Below, in pieces: positions 26,491 to 39,610 of a DNA stretch of 64,000 nt; the stretch's first letter is position 1; each line of letters starts with the position of its first letter. Both the position numbers and the translations under genes were made by a program. The notes beneath the pieces were generated by a model, which saw only the letters and a list, made by a program, of their open reading frames with translations, had not been told where the DNA came from and did not search any database. This DNA comes from Raillietiella orientalis (lineage: Eukaryota). The stretch is taken from the NCBI GenBank assembly GCA_036172245.1, contig JAYWIR010000006.1:5394001-5458000 (forward strand), written 5' to 3'.

Positions 26491-28039
26491 GATCATCTTT
26501 TATTAAACGACATCCGCATGTATGCAAAAGACATGAAACAAAATAATGAACAGCAAAAGGATCTCAATTCCAAGGGAAGCCCTGGCCACGAGCTATCCCT
26601 CAGTTGAAGCCTTTCCGCCTCCCTGAATCCTCGAGAGGATTCAACGTATCATTCATCTCTAGGCATAAATTGTTCTCCTTGTTTGCAATTGGAGAGGCTC
26701 AGTAAATTATGAATATCAGTACGCTTTACTACAAATGCAATAAAGCGTAATGATGTTCATAATTTAATAAAGCGTCATAATATTCGGTGAAGCACAGCAA
26801 AAAAATTAATTCTTCGTCCACCAGTCAACCCCCGCACTTGGATCGGAAAACAAAAGCGGTTGGGCAAACCGGTGGGGATCCCCAGAGCTTGAACCGCTCC
26901 GGCTGATCCGGGAATCCATCTGAATGAGGTCCCCCCATTGCCCCCCCCCCATGTCCCCAGTGCAAGCTCATCGGGGCTAGATGGTGGTGCGTGAGAGACG
27001 AAGATTTGGCTGCGGGGAATTTCCATTCCCGCCCTTCGTTTGCTTCCTTTTCAGGGGTTGGTCCACGCCGTCATCCTCGACTTGTTTGTCCATTTCCTGA
27101 CCCTCCCACCCTGTCGAGTTTTCAACTCCTGGGGCATTCGTTTGTCTTTCCTTCTTTTTTTGAATTGGCCAAGTACCTCAAGGACCACCGCGCGCCTGGC
27201 GGCCCACGCAGCTCTTTAGCACGTTGACTGCCACGCCCGACTTGCATGAGGGCTCTCAGGGGGCCACAAAAGAATTTTCAGCATTCTAAGCACAGGTAAT
27301 GACAAAATAATAAGAAATGTGGTCATATAAGATCATGCCCTTATCCATCGTGCGTTTCTCTTGCAAGTGGTCACGGGTGACCACCGTGGCCCCCTTGATG
27401 CACTCAGTTTCTCTTCATTACTTTTTTTTTGAATACTTTCCTACAAGTACCAGAAAACGACCATCTACGGCGTTCACGTGGAACGGTGTACACCTCGGAA
27501 GGTATCGTAGCAACCGTAACAAACAACCCTTCATTTCTTTTGACAAATATGTCCTCATTAGCTGGGGTGGCAAGGATCGTGAGAAAATCGTGAGAAAGCG
27601 TTGCGCAGGACATTAGTCAATAGTGTTCGTTCATTTCTGTAATAATAAGGGTTGTGCATACTACCACCTTAGATTTTAGATTATAGAGCTATATTTACGA
27701 TTATTTTGTGAAGTGTTGTTCATAGATTACTCCTCAAAGATATGGATACAAACGATGGCCAGCTCATTTATGCTTCAAATGTTTTAATACAGTACAACAC
27801 ACTTAATTTTTGTAATACAATAGATAATGTTTCCATTAAAGTCTTTAATTGTTGAATATTGCATTTTTTAATTTCAGAACATTGTCTAGTTAGCAATGAT
27901 GTTCCAAATTTTATAGTTGACGATGTTCATTTTATGTTAATCATTCTAAACACTTGAGGCACTCTGGTCACTGATGATCACCGTAGCCCCATCGAGGAAA
28001 AAATCTCCGGTCACAGTTGACCAACGTGACAGTCAACCT

Positions 28040-29780
28040 GTTAACGCCGTTCCACGCTACCCAGGGGTGCGTGTTGACTCTTCAGGTCAAAGAATGCCCA
28101 GAAGGACCACCCTATGAATCCAGAAAGGGCCCCGGAGGAGGAAGTCCTGTTCCTCTTGCGCTTATTCATGTAAAAAGAAACCCACAAGTCGCTGGAGAGA
28201 CTCTTGGTCCTGCCGCGTGACAAAGGTAACCATGGAGACCTGACGAGAACCGGCGCACAGACCAGCCAGGTTCGCCTCGGCAGCAGAGGGGGAGGGGAAG
28301 CAACGAAAAAAGAAAAAGAAAACAAAAAATATAAATACATTGGAAAAAATCTGGAGCGTTTGGGAAGGGATCACCGGGTGCTGGAGGGGGTCCTCTGCAT
28401 CCTTTCCAAGATGCCGGCAAGTTCCTCCTGCTTCTGGATTCCCAGATGAGGCCATCTCGACGGTGCCCTCAACGAAGAGATAAGCAAAATGGATGGCGTC
28501 CCTGGTCTTCTCTGGCGCCGCTCCAGGCCACAGCGATCCCGCGTAACGAGCAGAGTCCTGCTAAGGATGCGTCCGGAGTGAGGGCGTCGCGCAGGAAGAG
28601 GCGCTTTGAAAATGGGGTTGCCCTCGGGATTGTTCCGCAGGGACGCGGCAAAGCTTTCCCAGAATGGCCGCAGGGCAGGCAACACAACCCACAAGCAGGT
28701 GCGGGAAGGACTCTCTCTCGCCGCACCTGCTGCAGTTCGGACTCACTCCTCCCCCGGGATCAGGGTTGTCGGCGGACGTTTCACGGGAGACCCCCACGCA
28801 ACAGCAAGATCACCGACTCCGCCGCTTTACGAGGAGGAAGCTGCTGTTCCAGAACACCGGGGGCGCTTCTCCTGGCAGCTATCCCCAGTATGGCAGTCCT
28901 TTGGGTGGGACAGTCAGCGTCCTTCAGCTCCTAAGTTGTCCACGCGCCCAGAAGTTTCTTTTTATTGTCTGTGTTGCACTCACTTCCCACACACCGTCTC
29001 TTACATCAGTCTCTTGCGCTTAATAGGGAGGAACCCCAGAGGGAACCTCTTCTTTGTTCTCTCCAGAAGGAACCCGTAAGGGAACTGCTTCCTGTTTCCT
29101 CCTCTGAAGAGAACTTCGAAGGGACGCTCCCTGATTTTCTCTGAAGGGCGCTCCCCGAAGAGAGCAGAGCACCACTTCACACTCTGGATAGATATCAATC
29201 CATCAGCTCCATGGTACGAGTAGGCGATTCTTAAAGACCTCCTACCCCCGAAGTGGTAAGACGCGGCGTCGCGACTGCTGAGCAACGCCAGCCTCCGCAG
29301 CTGGACCAGGTGCGGCACGGCCCCGGACTGTGACCAGGGACCGCGGAAGGGACACCTTGCCCCCACCTGCTTTCCAGGTTCTCTTCTTTCCGGTTATCAG
29401 GGGTTGCCGGAGAACCGCTAGCCTCCATTTAGGGGGGACTTGCAGAGCTCTTTAAGAATCGCCCACTCCGCCCGAGGGAGTCTTTCGCGCTGTAGGGGCC
29501 AGCCCGGGAGGAAACACCCTTTGAATCCAGGAAGAGCTCCTGAGGAAGCGGCTCGTTGCTCTCTTATGTTTGGAAGGGAACTCCGAAGGGAACCCTCACC
29601 CTTATTTCTCTCTGGAGGGACCCCGAAGGGAGCAGCGCTCTTCTGACACGGCGGGGAAGTGGCCCCCTGAGGAAGGTATCAACCAGCCCGAGGTTCGCTA
29701 TGGTACCATGGGGTGGCTCCATTTTCACAACCGCAGGGAAACCCCCAAAGACTCTTTGATGTTCAGGAAGTCCAGAGGTT
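28040..29780 (+). mobile_element. Two tandem partial copies of the minisatellite-bearing host element (about 28040-29240, interrupted by an insertion, and 29225-29780)
   Basis: 29243-29602 is the reverse complement of about 24160-24520 at roughly 90% identity by eye, and reads LLPPKW*DAASRLLSNASLRSWTRCG on +. Joining 28090-28164 to 29023-29160 reproduces 29500-29640. Confidence 0.75.
28165..29010 (-). mobile_element. 5'-truncated L1/Tx1-like insertion (846 bp) with 12-bp target-site duplication CTCTTGCGCTTA
   Basis: Direct repeat CTCTTGCGCTTA at 28153-28164 and 29011-29022. With frameshifts the insert encodes KKLLGAWTT*ELKDA, zinc knuckle CSRCGERESFPHLLVGC, LRPFWESF and RWPHLGIQKQEELAGILERMQ..*, followed by the family 3' UTR. 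Confidence 0.85.
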
Positions 29781-30879
29781 CGACTTCCGATCCCGGTCAG
29801 TCATCGGGGTCGGGGCGGACTCTCTCCGTGGACACCCTGCTTTCGCTCCAGCGACGGGGGTGCGAAAGAAGCGAAACGTCCCAGGATTTGTCCCATTTCA
29901 CTGTGTGCAGCAACCGAAGACTGGTTAGGACAGAGCAGAGAGTTCCAGAGGGACAGGACTCGACCGTCTTCAGGGTTGCATCGGAAGAAACGGAAGTGCG
30001 TCTACAGTTCCGATGTTGTCGAATGAGCACAGGAAACTGTATCCCGTGGACCATCCCCCTGGGGTGCAGTTTTTTGTATTCGTTCGGCAAGATGAGGGTC
30101 TCTGTGGGTACTCTTGAGGGAAGAGGGCGAAGGCAGCTCCGATGAGCTCAAGTGATCTGCGGTTTACAGGGAGTGATGGTCGGTTTGGTGGATCCGCAAA
30201 GAGTGCTGATCCAGGTAACATGAAATCTGAAATGCCTTCTGGGGATGCAGGTGAAAGGCATAACTTCCACTTGAGTGTATACCACCGGAGTGTTCAAGAT
30301 CGTCGAACGAGGATCCGTGCACGTCGAACAAATAAGCCCGATTGGGTAAACATTCTGGAAGAAAATGCTAGTCGAAACTTTTATTCGCTTGAAAGAAATC
30401 ATTCCAAGAGCAAAAAGCGACGTGATACAAAATTATCCTGCCTCGTAGTAGGAATTCGATTGGTTATTTCAATCTGAATATTCAATATTTCAATCTACCG
30501 GTGGAGAGGGAAGTCCCTGAGATTCAAAAACAGATCCGAAACTTTAACCTATAACAGGCAACAGTCCTGTTATAGGTGATGGCGCCCGAAAGCACCAATG
30601 ACAGCAACCGGTTTGAAAGGTTTGTTTCACAATGAGTTCTTGTTCGACCTAGGTGAAATAAGAGTAAAGGAACCTATTCTAGCAAGCACTCTTTGTTGGA
30701 ATTTGTAGTGTTACCAAATATATCAGGCTGTATTGGTGACCAGTGCCCAAATCGAAAGCAATCTTGCCTTTCCCAAACGTTCATCGCCACATTAAAGAGT
30801 GAGACATATGAGAAACTCAATGGCTCGTGAAACAGCTGAGGCAGAAAAAGTTTCGCTGGAATGAGTTTGGACAACTCCA

Positions 30880-31335
30880 AACACATTTCTACACTGATGA
30901 TTTGCTCTCTGCGATATAAATGCCCTTAGAAAATCCGACCATGCCTGGCAAGCAGTTCTCAAAAACCAGACGACAGTGCTGAGCAGACCAGGAGAGAACT
31001 TGCTGAACTGACGGGATGGCTTAATCTAGAAGTGAATCAGATAATCCGGAAGAGCTTATTCCATCGCATTCAGAAGAATTCTCAAACGAAGCTTTGGTTG
31101 CACTTTGACAGTCGAATCGAAGATTAGCGTGATCAAACGACGAAAGTGAAGGAGAACCTCTTTCGACCTTCAACAGTTCGATTTAAAAATACCACTATTA
31201 TCGATGAAAAAAAAAGAGAGAAAGAAAGAAAAAACAATTGATTAGAGCCATTTAAACATGAGGGCTGGAAACACGAGCCTTTACGAGAATTGAGAGTGCT
31301 AAAAGGTTTCTATGAACAAGACTTCAACTCAGTTA
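30880..31335 (+). mobile_element. Tigger/pogo-family DNA transposon relic (transposase C-terminal region)
   Basis: DINALRKSDHAWQAV and LNLEVN/SDNPEELIPSHSEEFSNEALVAL resemble recalled Tigger C-terminal motifs (AWxEV; EELLxSHxEELTNEEL). Stops and frameshifts are present. Confidence 0.55.
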
Positions 31336-32190
31336 AAGTGTGACAAAACTCTGACGGGCAAAGACAGAAAAAGATAGCACCAAATCCTTGCATACATGAT
31401 TTACTCCGTTTCGTTTTGTAGCAGCATTTTCTTTAAAAGCATAGCACCTTACGTGCGTGCCTACTTCATTTTCCAGCGTGGGAGCACCAAGTGTTCCTCC
31501 ACGAAAAACAATATTGATAGACCTTATTATCTGATTTTGTAAAAAATCAGAATAATAAATGCCCCGGCATATCCGGATGATAAACTTCATTTTTCGTTTT
31601 TCCGAAAGGATTTTGAACCTGGAAAAGATGTGTCCACAACGCAACGCCTCACGTCCACATTTTCAAAGAGGGAATCTTGCTGTATCACAGGTAACCATAT
31701 CTGCGGCAAAGTGAGCTGGTAAGCGTGCTATTCGGTGCTTTCCTTTGCTGGAAGGAGGGATGAGACATTCAGGCGATCGGGTGAGCTTGAGGAGTGTGTG
31801 GCTACGGGAGTCAAGAGCAGCATCTCTTCGCCATCATAGCCATCTTCGCCCACCGTTGGTGTTCTTTCCGCTGATGAAAACTGAATAGCCCGTTGTTGTG
31901 ATAGCCGGGTGTATTCGTAATCAAAACCACATCCCAAAAGTCGAAGGTACTGCCAGCAAAGGTGACTATCATTGAAGTTGCCAGTGGAAAGACCTGGCGT
32001 GGTCCAAGCCACATATGCGAGTTGCTACCAAATGAGTCGATGCAAAGCCACAGTCCTTCGGTACGAAAAAGCACGGGAGAATTAAAAAGCATTAACGGCC
32101 GTGTTTGATTTTTCCTTAAAGCTGGCGTTGCGGTAAATGCATGTGAAAAGCGACTCGTTTGTGATTCAAATCACATAAGTGGTACGGAGA

Positions 32191-33690
32191 ATGATGATGG
32201 ATCCCATGAAACAAAAGATGTTGTTATCCGGTTTCAAGGCCTTCATGGCGTTTTCTCTGTTCCTCAAAGAATTTGGTTTTTAGGCATGTGTGCTAAAGAG
32301 AAGTTCGTGGAGAAGCATGAAGAAAGGCGTGAAATCTCAATTGTGGATGACCTTTTGGAGGTACTTGATCCAACACCTAACATTTATGAATTGTTCAAAG
32401 AGTTCGATGGAAAATTTTTTCAAGGGACATTGCAAAGTGTTGAGTTGAAGTGGAGCTCCCGCATGACACTGTGATTATAAATATTTGATATTCTCTTTAA
32501 TGATCCATACTAGGTGTGCTGGGCTTTGTGTTTATGAAGGTAGATGCTCTGGATACTGTTGCATCAAACTTAGCCAGCCATTACTGAAGTTAAGACCAAG
32601 ACGAGATTTAGTCGAAACTTTGTTGGTAACTCCATCATGTGTAGTGATATATCATTAATTTCAAATAGCATGAAATGATACATGCTTATTTATTTGTTAC
32701 AGCTAATAATAAGGACCATGATGCTCATGGCAGTGAATTTTTAAAGAAAATGCACCAAATAAATAATCTGACAGGAACTAACATAACAGTAAGAGATTTT
32801 TTCAACACCTAAAATTCAAAAAGTTGATTGCTTGTTTTATAAAGAAATTATATACTGAATGATGAAGCTTGTTGGTGAAGTGTTGCAATTCTCTTGGAGC
32901 ACTTTCATGCAATTTTTATGAAGTGAATGGGTTTACAAGTTTTATGAAATGAAAGTAAATTTCAGAAATTCCAGTAACTGCAGTGTGTTGCTCTTTTTAT
33001 GTAGTTTGTTGCATTTCTAGCAATTTTTTTTGTATAAGGTGTACCATAATTTCAATAATGAAGTGAGGTTTTATCAACAACATTGGTGGAGGTGTGATGG
33101 ACCATGTCGAAACAATGCTCCATTTCATGGATATGTGAAACGATCTATGAATAGAGCACCAGGTCCTAATGATTTTTGGTGGGCCAATCATCAGGCTACT
33201 TGTAATGGGAGATTTCAGAAAATAAAGGAGCCTGAAAACTTTCAAAATACAAAGAAAAAAAGCTCCAACAAAACTCTTGATAAGATGAGTAAGTACCTGG
33301 CCAAGAGTGCATTTACATCAGAATGCTTCTGTAGTGTCTTCCAAACAGGAAACTCCAAATTCAATTTTTAAGCAACAGAAAGAGAATGAAAGCAAAAAAG
33401 ATGTAAATCCAAATGATGTTAAGAAATCAACTTTCATTCCATTCTCGGGTACAGGTTTTCGTTTGGGATCTGATACCTCTTCATCTACAAGTGTACAGTC
33501 AGCTTATTGCCCATGTTGCTCTGCACAAGTTCCAGTACATGAAATGAACTTGCATCTAGATCTGTGTCTAAGTGACCCATTTGATGACTGCATATTTGTG
33601 GCTTCCATGGTTCAGTGCCCAACATGTTTGCAAAAAATGGATGAGAAGGAAATGTTTTTACATGTTCAAACATGCCTTGCTGGGAGATGA
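32191..33690 (+). CDS. SPRTN: SprT-like DNA-dependent metalloprotease Spartan (~354 aa; exons 32191-32230 [tentative], 32284-32470, 32514-32625, 32669-32788, 33039-33288, 33335-33690)
   Basis: LDPTPNIYELF..F..KFF, KWSSRMTLCAGLC, LSQPLLKLRPRRDLVETLLHEMIHAYLFV (HExxH), HG.EF, HWWRCDGPC...FHGYVKRSMNRAPGPNDFWW..HQ..C.G.F.KIKEP, SHP box FIPFSGTGFRLG and C-terminal UBZ fingers. The first exon and start codon are uncertain (alternative ATG at 32286). Confidence 0.95.
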
Positions 33691-34339
33691 AAGTGATAAA
33701 ACACTTGCGTAAATTTATAATGGAATGGAAACTATAAGTCCTGGAGCAATTTTGCTTGGTTGGATGAAGGCATTATTGAAGTTATCTGCTATATGAAAAA
33801 TCAGTTTTACAAATCAGTCTCCAAAGAATTGTTCTACAGTATTCTACTTGCTAAAGAAAAATTTCCTGTAGTCCACAAGCGATGCTATGTCTTCCGCAGC
33901 AAGAATATATGTTAACCGTATTGAGTGATAGCTGCCCAGGTGACATTTAAACAGCACGAAAAAAGTAAAGTCTAGAAACTGGCAAAACTTGAAGTTCATT
34001 TTTAAAAACGTACGATTAATAAAATAGGATTAACCAGAATACCTCACTGTTTTATGTTTTTCTTTTTCCTGCTGACAGATGTACAGTTCTTCCAAAGACG
34101 ACATTTAACTACAATTCGCAAAATTCTTACCGAGTATTTGGAAAACTGTTGTCATGTCTTTGAAGGAGTGGCTGAAGCCGAGGGGAAATGACTTTGCATT
34201 GCGATGAGAAGTAAAATTGTAGAGGACAAGGAAGTGAGACATTTAGTGCTATTCCGTTTGAAATTAAAATGCCACACGGTGACGTTTTTTTTTTTTTTTT
34301 TTGTCGTTACATTCACCCAGTTGACTGCATTGAAACTCA

Positions 34340-35220
34340 ACTGGGGCCGCGTAGGCTTGCACGGACACGTATCCTAAAGGCCGAAAATTGTTTGAAAATT
34401 AAACGGCTTCTGATGGATGTTGCTCAGCGTTTCATTCCGAGAAATCGCATCGACGGAGAGAGCCCAAACTCAATTTGCCCACTCCATCCACATCGCACAC
34501 TTCTGCGAGGTACTTATGCGCCCGTCCCTGTGCAGGGCAGAGAGAGCCATCACTTAGCAACCATCTCCCGGGGCACTCGACGTGGTGCACGACGACCTCA
34601 ACGCGTCCCACGGCCGAAGACGTGGCTGTCATCGGAAACCTGGGGCGCGTCCCCTCCGGGCTGCAACGCCCGTGTGTGGTCTGCAGTCGAGTGCGGGTCA
34701 CGCGGAGGCGTGGACGTGTTGTCCAGCTGCCCAAAAGGTTCGATCCACGATTGCTTTGGACTGTCAACTCGTTTGCCTGGAGCAAAGTCCTTCCTGCTTG
34801 GAGCAGGAAGTCGTAGAACGGATTGCATGCACGTGTCACACGTTCATCCACGTTGGATGGGGAATGGAAAGCATGTTTACCTTGGCTCCCTCTCCAAGGC
34901 CCGATCGTAAATGCTCCAGCAAGTGCCTGGCGCCGTGTAAGGATGGATCGAACTCGATCATGACGGATACACGCGATTTGTAGACTAATAGCAGATCTTA
35001 GGGAGTGTGGAAGGGCAAGGGGAGGGAGCCAGCGCTCAAGGGCGCGTCTTGGCCTACGCCCTTCGGTGGAGGAGAAATTCGAAATCCACACGCTGTGGCC
35101 AAGGTCGGCCTGCCTGGCGGCGGTTTGACGACTCCGCCTCACGAATCTTGCGACGCCGTGGTGAGAAAACCATCCTCGCTGAAACAGACCCCCAGCAAAG
35201 AAGAAAAAAATCCATAAAAA
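34340..35220 (+). mobile_element. Decayed 3' fragment of a non-LTR retrotransposon (ORF2 zinc-knuckle region)
   Basis: GC-rich island. EDVAVIGNLGRVPSG followed by PVCGLQSSAGHAEAWTCCPAAQKVR resembles the CxxC..H..CP knuckle. A-rich 3' end. Confidence 0.45.
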
Positions 35221-36279
35221 GACTTTTGGAATTGTAATATTCAAAAATACAAGAATTGATTGCATAAGCAACCATAAACATTCGCAAACAGCTTAAGTCC
35301 TGACCAGTCAATTCAACTAATCGAGAACTGCCCGGTTTTTATAAGGCTTCTGTGATAAGAGACATTATACCTCAAGCTGCAATGTTCTACTTGGAAGCGA
35401 TTCCTACGTGAGAAAAAAACATTATGAACATTGTGGTACGATAAAATATTTGCAAGAAAAAATTGTGACTTTTCAAAAAAGTTCTTACATCTGTATTACG
35501 TTGAAAGATTGAAACTTTAATGAAGGCGAAGTTTGGGTGACCACCACAAGCAGAAAAGCCTTAAGAGCCTTTGGCGTTTTTCAAGTGAAAGAGAATGTTC
35601 CTCTGCATGCCACATTATGGGATTTTGGAGCGCATTGACCCTACAGGTTCTGGAATGGACAGCAAGCAGAATTTCTATGTCATCATTATTTTAAATCCTC
35701 TAAAGTTAGAAGATTACTCAGTTCCGAGAATTCTGGTACGACGGTGATAACAACGACTTCCATTAAGGATGGAGGGAGTCGATGGCGGCATGAGCTAAAT
35801 GGCACCTCCAAGAAAAGTCAGTTGTTCGTCCTGTCGAGAATGAATTCAGAGTTGAACTGGCGCGTCAAGTGATGCAGGAGGAATTCTGATTCATCTCTCT
35901 CCACGAGGTTCTTTAAACGTTAAAACAAGAGTTGGTTCTGTCTTGAATAATGCATAGAACATTGCTTAGAACAAAGCTTGCAAGATGCAGGAAACCAAAC
36001 TACGCTGACATACACAACTCGAGTACCTCGAACCGCTACCACTAATTATTCGACTCTGTTCGGTCATTCATCATTTGATTCTTTAGTAAAAGGCGAAAGA
36101 ATTACGAGTTGGAATGGGGAGCAGATCCATCATTTCATTCTGCTTTCATATTTGATAAGAAGCTGAGGCGCGGGGCTCGTTTGCTTGCTGATGGGAATAA
36201 AAGCGCGGAATTTTATTACAGAACCCTACTAGTGGACTCCCGTTGACAGTGGCAACTTTTGTTCCCTATTCTGTGCAGT

Positions 36280-36720
36280 AGGGACTATGCATTTCTACAG
36301 AAAGTATTCGAAGGAAAACAATGGCAGCAGTCCAGCGGGCGAAGCGAGCGACGGAAATGAACAGAAACTCCTTGAGGTACGCCAGAAACCCGATATGAAC
36401 CCTCTAAAGACTCACCTTTCCTCTTCCAGGATTTGCTGAGGCCGGATTCCTGCATGGTGAGGGTTACATTCCTTCCAGCTGGGCTGAGGACGTGCACCTC
36501 CGCGGGGTCGCGACCTGCTGCATTCACGGCGGTCCGTTTCCATTCCTTGGACTTGAGTGGCAATCCCGGAGGAAATCCACCCCGTACATCTACGTGTACA
36601 CTCTCCGTGTTCTGTTTGCCGCGCACAAATCGAATCAGTTCATCAGAACGAATTGAGCATCGAGGTGGCCCAAGTTTCACTTCACCGATTTCTTGTACTA
36701 TAGAATCCACGAATTCAGGA
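36280..36720 (-). mobile_element. Decayed LINE RT fragment (CR1/L2-like)
   Basis: ESVHVDVRGGF (like xxLDFSKAF) and YRVSGVPQGVSV (GVPQG motif) in one minus-strand frame. Confidence 0.5.
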
Positions 36721-38479
36721 AAAGTTCACGCTGCAATACTTCTGGCTCTCAAGTCAGGCTCAGACTCGACTTCCCGAGCTTACCTGCTTATTCTATTAGT
36801 AAAAGAGTCGCAAACCCATCTATTCTGGAAACAGAACGAAAAATTTCGCTGTGCCCGTCTGATCCAAAACGATTATTATGCAATTTGCGAATGGCTTTGC
36901 ACAATCCGCGCATATCCCTTTTTCGTTCTTTGTATTGGAAAATCGAGAGAGGAATTCGATATCCGCATTTCCACCACGGAAAATTCGCGTGATTGAGACT
37001 AAGAAACGAATTCTGGGATTCGAATGGAGCGATTGCTTTTCAATCCGAGAGAAATCGTCGTTTCTTATTTGAGTGCCTCGTTGAAATCAATCTGAAACAA
37101 AAAACAAAAACAAATATATGGATGCGTTTCAACTACAGGAATGTACGTTTGCGGAATAAGAAATGAATACGAGGGCACCAGAAGTTTTCCCGAGGTAACC
37201 TGGAAAGATTAGATTTCAAAATAAGGTAAGGAAACAAAAGCAAAATAGAACATTCAACAAGTTCTTCCTTCTGCACATTGAAAATGAGCATATAAAAAAG
37301 CAGATCACCACGAGTTCAATGCAATCTCTCTCTCTCTCTTTTTAAATATGAATCATAAGTTTCCGTTATCGGATTCGTTTCTCACCGCAAAGGAGAGAGC
37401 ATAAGACTGTTCCCACAAGTGGATTTTTTTTAAAAAAGAAAGTCATTGCCAGAGGAAACGAACAACGAAATGACGAAGAGCGTTTTCTGGTTCTTCGTCC
37501 ATGAACAAAATGCTGTCAAGAATTGATCACCGCAGCTAAAGACACGTCTTTTCCATGGGAACAACAAAACCTTAACGATTACCTGCATGATGCAATTATC
37601 AGAGATTCATATCAAATCATTCATATCTTACTGAAAAATAATAAAAAGTTCTCCAAGCTAAAAATGCACAAGTTCATTCCTTTTCAATACAGTTGTGGAG
37701 CTTTTTTTCTCTAAGTTTGAAAACAAACAGAATCTTCTCGTATCCGTATATCTATACATTTACATAAATATTAGTGTGTATCATCATTTGGAAAATGAAT
37801 ATGACCTGATTTCATACAAACCTACCTTCTGCATGTTGATGAATTCTTAGGTCAGACTTTCAGTATTAGGTTTCGATGCATACATTCTTTTATGGAATTT
37901 ATTTCAGTTTTAACGATTCCACCAACAATTTCCTTTCACAAAGCCATATTTTCAGAGGGTTGTCTTTCCGATGTCTCTTGTTCCGCCAATATTTTCCCTC
38001 GCTACAATTCCCCCCTAAGCTTAAATTTTCTGTTTCTGTAATGGTTCTATTATTTTTCACAACATTGCCTCAGCCGACCTATTTCTCGTAGTGATAATGG
38101 AGTAAGAAGCCGAAAAAGATTTAATTCAATGGTAACCAAGAAAATCGACTATGTTTTTAAATTGTTACATTTGTACGAGTCTTTTTAACTAAACCCAAGA
38201 TTCATTGCGACTTGCATTTAGAAGATATCTGACTGTAGTAATTGATTTGAATAGCAAGCAATTTGAAATCCAGATGTAAGAATTGTTTTCCTTGATGTTA
38301 CAATTCATAGCATGAAGATATGGGGCCCCTAGGCTTCAGCATTGATGTACGTCCATGGGCGTTTGACTCACTATTCATTTCTGGTTAAAAGTTACCAAAA
38401 TATTATTTGCATAATAAAAACCAGTAATCAGTCAAAGAAATGGAGAATACATAAATAAAGATCAGAATTTCAATCTTTA

Positions 38480-38900
38480 TTTGTACATTGTCAATTGTTC
38501 AGCTACAATAACAAAGTGAACTCAAAGTCAATGTCGACCGTTTTATCAGCTAACTTGGAATAGTGTGTAGATATATCCACATGTACGAATTCGATTTTAT
38601 TGTATATGTGACCGGTATACCATGGACATATATGCGATTCAACACATGCACTGAAATTGAATTGCACAAAAATTCCAGCAGATATTTCACATTTGCAAGA
38701 AAGTCTGAGGCCTATTTGCTTGAAAGTGCAATCTTCAATTCCAGAGTATTCATGACAGTAAACGAGATGAGTTTTCACATTTAAGTCTCCACATCATTTG
38801 AGTTCCGGAAGAAGTTCCGCGCAATTTGATGGAAATGTCAAATGCCTCGTCGGTGTTCTTAATATGCGCATTTTGAAAAGAGAAATCCGATTCGACTTTT
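38480..38900 (-). mobile_element. Possible hAT transposase C-terminal (dimerisation-region) relic
   Basis: DFLANVKYLLEFLCNSISV and HVDI...DKTVDIDF loosely resemble the hAT C-terminus (FPNIxxLLxILxTLPVS; HxDI). Degenerate. Confidence 0.35.
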
Positions 38901-39610
38901 GGTCCTCTACATACGACTTTTGGTACTTTTGGTCTATCTTATTTAATTATGATTTTCGGTTCAAACTCTGCATCAGATAAATTGTTGCATGGTCTCTGGT
39001 TCGGAGCTCTCGTTCTTACATGAATGTTTGGCTTACTGATTTTTTTCTCATTAAGTAATTATGTCCCGCATAATCAAGGCTGAAGAAAGAAGGATCCTAT
39101 AAAAAAAATGAAGAGAATTAAGAAAGATGCACGTTGAAAAAAATCTAAAATCGAACATTCAACATGAACACCTCAATAACTTCACCGTATTTTGTAAATT
39201 TCCTTAGACACTTTTAGCGTGCGTCTGTACAGTACGATTTTCAAATGTGCAACACTGAACACCATTGAATCAATTACACTAATCCAAAGATCTCTTCAAA
39301 TGATCTCAGATACCAATTTTAAATGTGTTCACTTTTTTCAAAATTCCTATGAGCATCTTTATTCTTACAGTCAACTAAGTAAATATTTATCTAATAGTAA
39401 ATGCCTATTGTCTGTCTGTCAGATTTTTATTCTGTATTCATTTGTTTCTTTACAATGTCTTGGATATTACCAACGCACACCATGAAAAATGCATTTTGTT
39501 TGGGAATTCTGATGTAATTCCTTGAGATTTGATTGGCTATTCGCAATTCGAACTTTTCTAGCGGGTTTTATTCAATGGTTGAATATTTTGATGTGCTCTG
39601 TATTATTGAC

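Noticed and set aside
20000..26500. Numerous long overlapping ORFs (up to 330 aa) on both strands
   Set aside because: Explained by high GC content and decayed retroelement sequence; the homologous segments jump between frames.
31728..32092. Minus-strand ORFs divergent from SPRTN
   Set aside because: No recognisable motifs or consistent exon chain.
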